Assembly: GCA_938083135.1 (NCBI GenBank)
Contig: CALLKY010000002.1
Location: forward strand, 16,097 to 80,096
From: an uncultured Alphaproteobacteria bacterium
GTDB taxonomy: Bacteria > Pseudomonadota > Alphaproteobacteria > Bin95
Reading direction: 5' to 3'
DNA: 64,000 bases
Shown: one piece after another, positions 58,932 through 64,000 of the stretch
How positions within the stretch are numbered: the first letter of the stretch is position 1
Layout: the number at the start of each line of letters is the position of its first letter
Notes under the pieces: generated by a model
The model's database searches: none
What the model saw: only the letters and a program-made list of their open reading frames with translations
What the model was told of the DNA's origin: nothing
Position numbers and translations under genes: made by a program

Positions 58932-59861
58932 TTATGTACGTCGCCGGATCGCTTCGCGCCGAAAAATATATAAACCAGCGGCTGCAACGATAACTGCGCC
59001 GATAAAGGCGTTGATTGCAGGCATTTCCTGCCAGATGAAGAAGCCTAAGGCCGCTGTCCAGATCAGTTGCATGTAATCAAAGGGCGCGATGATGGTTGCA
59101 GGTGCCTTGGTATAGGCTGCGACCAGGCAATACTGCGCTGCGCCACCGATCAATCCGGTTCCGATCAACAGCATCCATTCTTGCGGCGTGGGCGTTTTCC
59201 ACCCGAAGAAGCAGGCAAACCCAGCGACAATGGCGGACACAGCGGTGAAATAAACTGTAGTCCGAAGCGCTGGCTCGGTCGATCCCAGTTGACGCATTGC
59301 AATCGCTGCCAGCGCATAGAAAAACGCTGCACCCAACGCCACCAGGTAGGCGATATTCAGGCTTCCAAACCCAGCGCCAGACGGGCTTAGCATGATGATC
59401 ACGCCGCCGAATCCCACGAGCGTCGCCGTCGCCCGTCGCCAGCCCACCAATTCCCCCAGCAATGGGGCGGAAAGCACGGTTAGAAACAGGGGCATGGTGA
59501 ATTGGGTCGCAGCGGCATCCGCCAAGGGCATGCGGGTAATCGCCCAATAAATCATGCTCATAGAGATTAGCCCGGCAGCAATCCGGCCAACGTGACGGAA
59601 TGGTCGATCCGTTTTCAGGACGCCCTTTGGCGCACGCATCAGTAGCGGTGCCAGGGGGATTAACCCAATTGCCATACGAAAGAAAACCACTTGCTGGGTC
59701 GGCATATCGCTGCCGAGTTCCTTGATCATCGCGAAGGACAGGCTAAAGCCGAATCCCGCAGCTAATGCAAAAAGCACCCCCTGCATAACGGCAGCGCGCG
59801 TGAGGTCGATGGACGGATGCGCAACGATACGCTTTGGCACAGACACAGGCATCGGCGTCAT
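58932..59861 (-). CDS. DMT/EamA family transporter
   Basis: VVFFR, LLGELVGWRR, APFDY, WQE.P; two EamA halves. Confidence 0.9.
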   Translation of the reverse strand: MTPMPVSVPKRIVAHPSIDLTRAAVMQGVLFALAAGFGFSLSFAMIKELGSDMPTQQVVFFRMAIGLIPLAPLLMRAPKGVLKTDRPFRHVGRIAAGLISMSMIYWAITRMPLADAAATQFTMPLFLTVLSAPLLGELVGWRRATATLVGFGGVIIMLSPSGAGFGSLNIAYLVALGAAFFYALAAIAMRQLGSTEPALRTTVYFTAVSAIVAGFACFFGWKTPTPQEWMLLIGTGLIGGAAQYCLVAAYTKAPATIIAPFDYMQLIWTAALGFFIWQEMPAINAFIGAVIVAAAGLYIFRREAIRRRT

Positions 59862-59930
59862 GCTCGCTTGGCAAGCGGCAGGGCGGCAAGTACCGTCCTT
59901 GGACCACTATTTTTGAATCGAGGTGATATC

Positions 59931-60716
59931 ATGGCTGATCCGGTGCTTTTGGAGAAGGATGGCGCGGTTGCTGTCATAACGCTGAACCGCCCGGAGGTGC
60001 TCAACGCACTCTCCATGGAAATGTCTGAACTGCTTTGCGAAATCTGCTGGCAGGTAGAGGCCGATGAGAGTGTCCGCGCTGTGCTGGTAAAGGGCGCAGG
60101 CAAAGGATTCCAGGCGGGCGGGGACATCGCGTCATTCCATAAGGAAATTGACCGGATCGCCGTTCATGCCGGACGCATGATCGATACGTACCACGTGGCT
60201 GTCCGCACGTTGGTGCGGATGCCAAAGCCGGTTATCGGACAACTGCATGGGGCCGTCGCTGGAGCGGGGATGAGTTTGGCCATGAATTTGGACCTGGCCA
60301 TCGCCGCTGAAGGCACAATGTTTACGCTGGCCTATGCCAATCTTGGCACAAGTCCAGATGGCGGCTCAACATTCTTCCTGCCACGCCTTGTGGGACGTCG
60401 CCGTGCGATGGAAATTGCGTTGCTCTCAAACCGGTTTGATGCTGCGAAGGCTCATGACCTTGGCCTGATCAATGATGTCGTTCCGGCCGCTGAAATTAGT
60501 GAGAAAGGCATGGCGCTCGCCCAAAAGCTTGCGTCCGGCCCAACGCTGGCGTTCGCCAGAACCAAAGAGCTGATTGATCAGTCATTTGAGAATGATTTGG
60601 CGACGCAGCTTGAGGCAGAGCGGGTAAATTTTGTCGCGTCCACCTATACAAATGACTTCAAGGAAGGCGTTCAAGCTTTTGTTGAGAAACGGAAACCGGA
60701 ATTCAAGGGCGAATAA
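59931..60716 (+). CDS. Crotonase-family protein (PaaG-like isomerase/hydratase)
   Basis: LNRPEVLNAL, FQAGGD, AGAGMSLA, PDGGST; GAGGTGA SD before ATG 59931. Confidence 0.9.
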   Translation: MADPVLLEKDGAVAVITLNRPEVLNALSMEMSELLCEICWQVEADESVRAVLVKGAGKGFQAGGDIASFHKEIDRIAVHAGRMIDTYHVAVRTLVRMPKPVIGQLHGAVAGAGMSLAMNLDLAIAAEGTMFTLAYANLGTSPDGGSTFFLPRLVGRRRAMEIALLSNRFDAAKAHDLGLINDVVPAAEISEKGMALAQKLASGPTLAFARTKELIDQSFENDLATQLEAERVNFVASTYTNDFKEGVQAFVEKRKPEFKGE

Positions 60717-61570
60717 TGGGTGCGCTTAAGGGGAAAACAGTATTCATTACCGGTGCCAGTCGCGGCATCGGCGCTGAGATAGCGAAACGGGCTGCGGAAG
60801 ACGGTGCCAATGTCGTTCTCGCTGCAAAAACTGTAGAGCCGCACCCGAAACTACCGGGCACATTGCCTGAGGTCGCGGCTGATTGTGAGGCGGCTGGTGG
60901 CACGGCACTGCCTATTCGTATGGACCTGCGCCTGCCTGAAGCGATTGAGGCGGCGGCGGAAGCGGCAGTCGAGCGGTTCGGCGGGATCGATATCCTGGTG
61001 AATAACGCGAGCGTTCAAACGTTCAGCAAAACACCAGACACAACGCCCAAGCAGTTTGACCTTCTATTCGATATCAATGCGCGCGGCACATTCTTGATGA
61101 CCCAAGCTTGCTTGCCATATCTGCGCAGGGCCGAAAACCCGCATATTTTGACCATCGCATCGCCCATAAACCTGGACCCACGCTGGTTCGGGGAGCGCTT
61201 GCCCCGCACGATCTCCAAATACGCGATGTCGATGATGGTGATGGGTTGGGCGGATGAGTTCCGCGAGGCTGGCATAGCCTCCACCGGTCTTTGGCCGCGT
61301 CATGCCGTGGCGACGATGGCCGTTAAGGTCTTCAACCCAGAAACGTATGAAGGCTGCCGTGACCCGCGGATTATGGCTGATGCTGCACACTGGATCACAA
61401 CACAGCCAGCCATGGATGTTACGGGGCGCTTCTTCCTTGATGATGAAGCGCTGACGGAACGTGGGCTGCCCCAAAGTGAGATCGATCGGTATTGGATGCA
61501 CCCAACGAAACGCTCACGCACGTCCAGCTTCCTGGACTATGACGCACGCAATCCTGCTGGAGAGAGTTGA
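60716..61570 (+). CDS. HSDL2-like SDR lacking the catalytic Tyr
   Basis: TGASRGIG, AAKTVEPHPKLPGT, NNAS, INARGTF, RTISKYAMS, LWPR. Confidence 0.87.
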   Translation: MGALKGKTVFITGASRGIGAEIAKRAAEDGANVVLAAKTVEPHPKLPGTLPEVAADCEAAGGTALPIRMDLRLPEAIEAAAEAAVERFGGIDILVNNASVQTFSKTPDTTPKQFDLLFDINARGTFLMTQACLPYLRRAENPHILTIASPINLDPRWFGERLPRTISKYAMSMMVMGWADEFREAGIASTGLWPRHAVATMAVKVFNPETYEGCRDPRIMADAAHWITTQPAMDVTGRFFLDDEALTERGLPQSEIDRYWMHPTKRSRTSSFLDYDARNPAGES

Positions 61571-62646
61571 TGAGCGAGACCAAAGGCAGCGCTGAGCTTG
61601 AAGCAACGGCGGTTACGTCTGTCCGCGCAGCGCACGCAATCGATGAGGGGCGGTTGAAAGAATATTTGAAAGGCGTTCTGCCTGATGCCAGTGGCGAAAT
61701 GCGCCTTTCACAGTTCGCTTATGGCCAGTCCAATCCCACATATGTGGTGGCGTTTGATGACGCCGAATATGTCCTGCGCAAGCAGCCGCCGGGTGAGCTT
61801 CTGCCATCTGCACATGCGGTCGACCGGGAATATCGGGTGCAGAAGGCGCTACATGGTGCCGGGTACCCTGTCGCCGAGCAGCATCATTTCTGTGAAGACC
61901 GGGCGATTGTTGGAACCCCATTCTATGTGATGGAACGGATGGCGGGGCGTGTTTTCAAGGATACCAGCTTGCCGGGCTGTACGCCTGAACATCGCCAGGA
62001 AATGTATCGAAGTGTGGCGGAAACGCTGGCGCGATTGCACACTGTTGACCATGCCGCCATCGGCTTAGAAGACTTCGGCAGGCCGGGCGATTGGTACCAG
62101 CGCCAACTCCGCCGTTGGTCTAGGAATTTCGCTGAAACGGCCACGCAATCCATTCCAGCAATGGATAAGCTTGGCGAATGGCTGCAGGAGAACATGCCGG
62201 AGGATGACGAAACCCGAATTGCCCATGGCGATTACCGCATGGGTAATGTCATGTTTCATCCAACAGAACCACGTATCGTCGCGGTATTTGATTGGGAAAT
62301 CTCGACGCTCGGCCATCCGCTTGGTGATCTGGCTTACTGCGCCATTTTGTACGGCACGACGCCTGAGCAGTTTTATGGGCTAGAGAACCTGGACCGGTCA
62401 GCGCTTGGCATTCCGTCATTCGATGAGTTCAATTCTGTGTACTGCAAAGCTGCTGGGCGCGCATCCGGGTTAACGGCGGCGCATATGGCCCATGCTTTTT
62501 ATCGGTTCGCTGCCATTCTGGACGGGGTGAGGGCGCGCGGATTGGCAGGCAATGCTGCATCGTCTGACGCGGCTGATGTTGGCTTGATAGCGCCGGACGT
62601 TGCCGCGCGTGGTCTCAAATATGCGATGGAAGGTCTACCCGAATGA
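61570..62646 (+). CDS. APH/choline-kinase-like phosphotransferase (ACAD10/11 N-domain / LvaA type)
   Basis: GQSNPTY, LRKQPPG.LLPSAHAVDREY, GTPFYVME, HGDYRMGN, DWE.STLGHPL.D. Confidence 0.9.
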   Translation: MSETKGSAELEATAVTSVRAAHAIDEGRLKEYLKGVLPDASGEMRLSQFAYGQSNPTYVVAFDDAEYVLRKQPPGELLPSAHAVDREYRVQKALHGAGYPVAEQHHFCEDRAIVGTPFYVMERMAGRVFKDTSLPGCTPEHRQEMYRSVAETLARLHTVDHAAIGLEDFGRPGDWYQRQLRRWSRNFAETATQSIPAMDKLGEWLQENMPEDDETRIAHGDYRMGNVMFHPTEPRIVAVFDWEISTLGHPLGDLAYCAILYGTTPEQFYGLENLDRSALGIPSFDEFNSVYCKAAGRASGLTAAHMAHAFYRFAAILDGVRARGLAGNAASSDAADVGLIAPDVAARGLKYAMEGLPE

Positions 62647-63833
62647 GTGACGCTGCCCCGCCTTTACCATCCATGCCGCCGCTTGCTGGGGTATCGCTGG
62701 CGACGGTTCCAACGGCTATCGGCTATGCGGGCCGGGATGACATTCTGATGGCGTCCTTTGCGCCCGGAACGGTTGCTGCCGGCGTATTGACCCAAAACAG
62801 TGCCGCCGCCGCACCTGTGCTCTGGACGCGCCAGCGGTTGGCGAATGCGGATGCGCCCGCAGCGCTGCTCATTAATGCTGGGAATGCGAATTGCTACACA
62901 GGGCAGGCGGGTCATCGGATCGTGAAGGATGCCGCTGCGCGCGCGGCTGTCCGTCTGGATGCAAATCCTGAGAATATCTACATCTGCTCTACAGGCCGGA
63001 TTGGTCAGCAAGTGCCGCCACAGGCCATGCTGGATGCGATAGATACATTGGCCGACCAACGCGGTGACGATAATTGGCATGCGGCTGCAAGGGCCATCAT
63101 GACAACGGATCGCTGGCCAAAGGCCGCCGTTGTGAAGGTCAAAACCAGCGATGGAACGGCCACGCTCTATGGCTTGGCAAAGGGCACCAGCATGCTGGCG
63201 CCGAATATGGCCACCACAATCAACGCCGTATTCACCGATGCAAAGATTTCACGGGCGGACCTGCAGGCTGCATTGGATGCTGCAGTTGTCACGACCTACA
63301 ACAGCATCTCTGTGGATGAGACGACCTCCACCAATGACAGCTTGCTGGTCTTTGCGACAGGAGCCGGAGCAACTGTTTCCAAGGATGACTTGGGCGCATT
63401 TCAAGCTGCACTGATGGACCTTTTGCATCAAATGGCGCAGGCGCTCTTGGCGGATGCGCGAAAAGACGGTCGCTTGGTTGAGTGCCGGGTTGTTGGCGCT
63501 GAAACAGATGCAGCAGCGCGCAATATCGCCCGGTCGATTTCGCGATCATTGTTGCTGCGACGCGTTCTGGCGACTGGTCAGCTCTTTGCGGCGGATCAGT
63601 CCAGCGCCGGGCGCATCTTGGCAGCGGCAGGCACGTCGCTGGAGGCGATGGCGCGCGAGAGGCTGACTATTCGTGTGGGCGGGGCCATAGTGTTGCGCGA
63701 TGGAGAGGTGATCGCCCACCCAGGTGACGCTGCCAGGAACGGGTTCGCCGGAGACCGGGTTGAGATCGTGTTCAACGCCGCGGTCGGAAAAGGGATTGGG
63801 ACGGTATGGACAGTCGTTCCGCCCGCAACCTGA
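62643..63833 (+). CDS. Divergent ArgJ/ornithine acetyltransferase-like Ntn enzyme
   Basis: NAGNANCYTG, STGRIG, AIMTTD, KG..M.APNMAT and TSTND present; DGEGATK, NWGR and the C-terminal CDL..YxxxNxxY tail absent. Confidence 0.8.
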   Translation: MSDAAPPLPSMPPLAGVSLATVPTAIGYAGRDDILMASFAPGTVAAGVLTQNSAAAAPVLWTRQRLANADAPAALLINAGNANCYTGQAGHRIVKDAAARAAVRLDANPENIYICSTGRIGQQVPPQAMLDAIDTLADQRGDDNWHAAARAIMTTDRWPKAAVVKVKTSDGTATLYGLAKGTSMLAPNMATTINAVFTDAKISRADLQAALDAAVVTTYNSISVDETTSTNDSLLVFATGAGATVSKDDLGAFQAALMDLLHQMAQALLADARKDGRLVECRVVGAETDAAARNIARSISRSLLLRRVLATGQLFAADQSSAGRILAAAGTSLEAMARERLTIRVGGAIVLRDGEVIAHPGDAARNGFAGDRVEIVFNAAVGKGIGTVWTVVPPAT

Positions 63834-63858
63834 GCAACACGATTTAAGGACTGCCGCC

Positions 63859-64000
63859 ATGCCCCATGACGCCGGAATCTATGCGCTACACAGCTTTCTC
63901 GCACAGCCTGTAGGCTGGGAGGCAGTGGCGGAGGCGGTAGATGATGCTGGCAGGAAGGCGGTAACAGCAGCCGGTGGCGCAGTCTATGGTGCATGGCGTA
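63859..64000 (+). CDS. Partial ORF running off the window (possibly NIPSNAP-like)
   Basis: AAGGA SD, ATG 63859, open frame MPHDAGIYALHSFLAQPVGWEAVAEAVDDAGRKAVTAAGGAVYGAWR. Confidence 0.45.
   Translation, partial: MPHDAGIYALHSFLAQPVGWEAVAEAVDDAGRKAVTAAGGAVYGAWR

Noticed and set aside
63790..63860. Frameshift restoring a canonical ArgJ C-terminus
   Set aside because: No alternative frame near the stop encodes a CDL..Y...N..Y-like tail.
63596..63994. 132-aa minus-strand ORF
   Set aside because: Antisense to the ArgJ-like gene and to a plus-strand ORF with an SD; low-complexity product.

Overview
GC-rich, gene-dense chromosomal segment, most likely from a marine alphaproteobacterium. The evidence is the conserved tatABC-serS-surE-pcm-nlpD block, a CtrA-type box, an Irr-type box, PhaR-type boxes, clustered GANTC sites and a DMSP-lyase-family cupin. 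About 64 CDS were called; no rRNA, tRNA, CRISPR array, transposase or prophage gene was recognised. 1-29.4 kb is a dense run of catabolic and redox enzymes with no transporter and one regulator: sulfatase, diaminopropionate ammonia-lyase, two Fe/2OG-type dioxygenases, a desaturase, SDRs, an orphan Mo-hydroxylase large subunit, GMCs, a Baeyer-Villiger monooxygenase with an esterase, and hydantoinase A/B. 29.4-36.3 kb is core genome, preceded by a Fur-boxed ABC ATPase. 36.3-64 kb holds accessory metabolism, an Irr-boxed catalase, a stand-alone fliD-fliS pair with a CtrA box, thiolase/DUF35, a phasin with two PhaR boxes and a large RTX subtilase with an apparent D-E-S triad. It ends in an operon of enzymes with rewired active sites: an HSDL2-like SDR lacking its catalytic Tyr, an ACAD10/11-type kinase and a divergent ArgJ. 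The best candidates for undescribed biology are that last operon, the CmcJ/NvfI-type dioxygenase plus atypical SDR pair, and the D-E-S RTX protease. All functional calls are by motif recognition only; no database searches were run.
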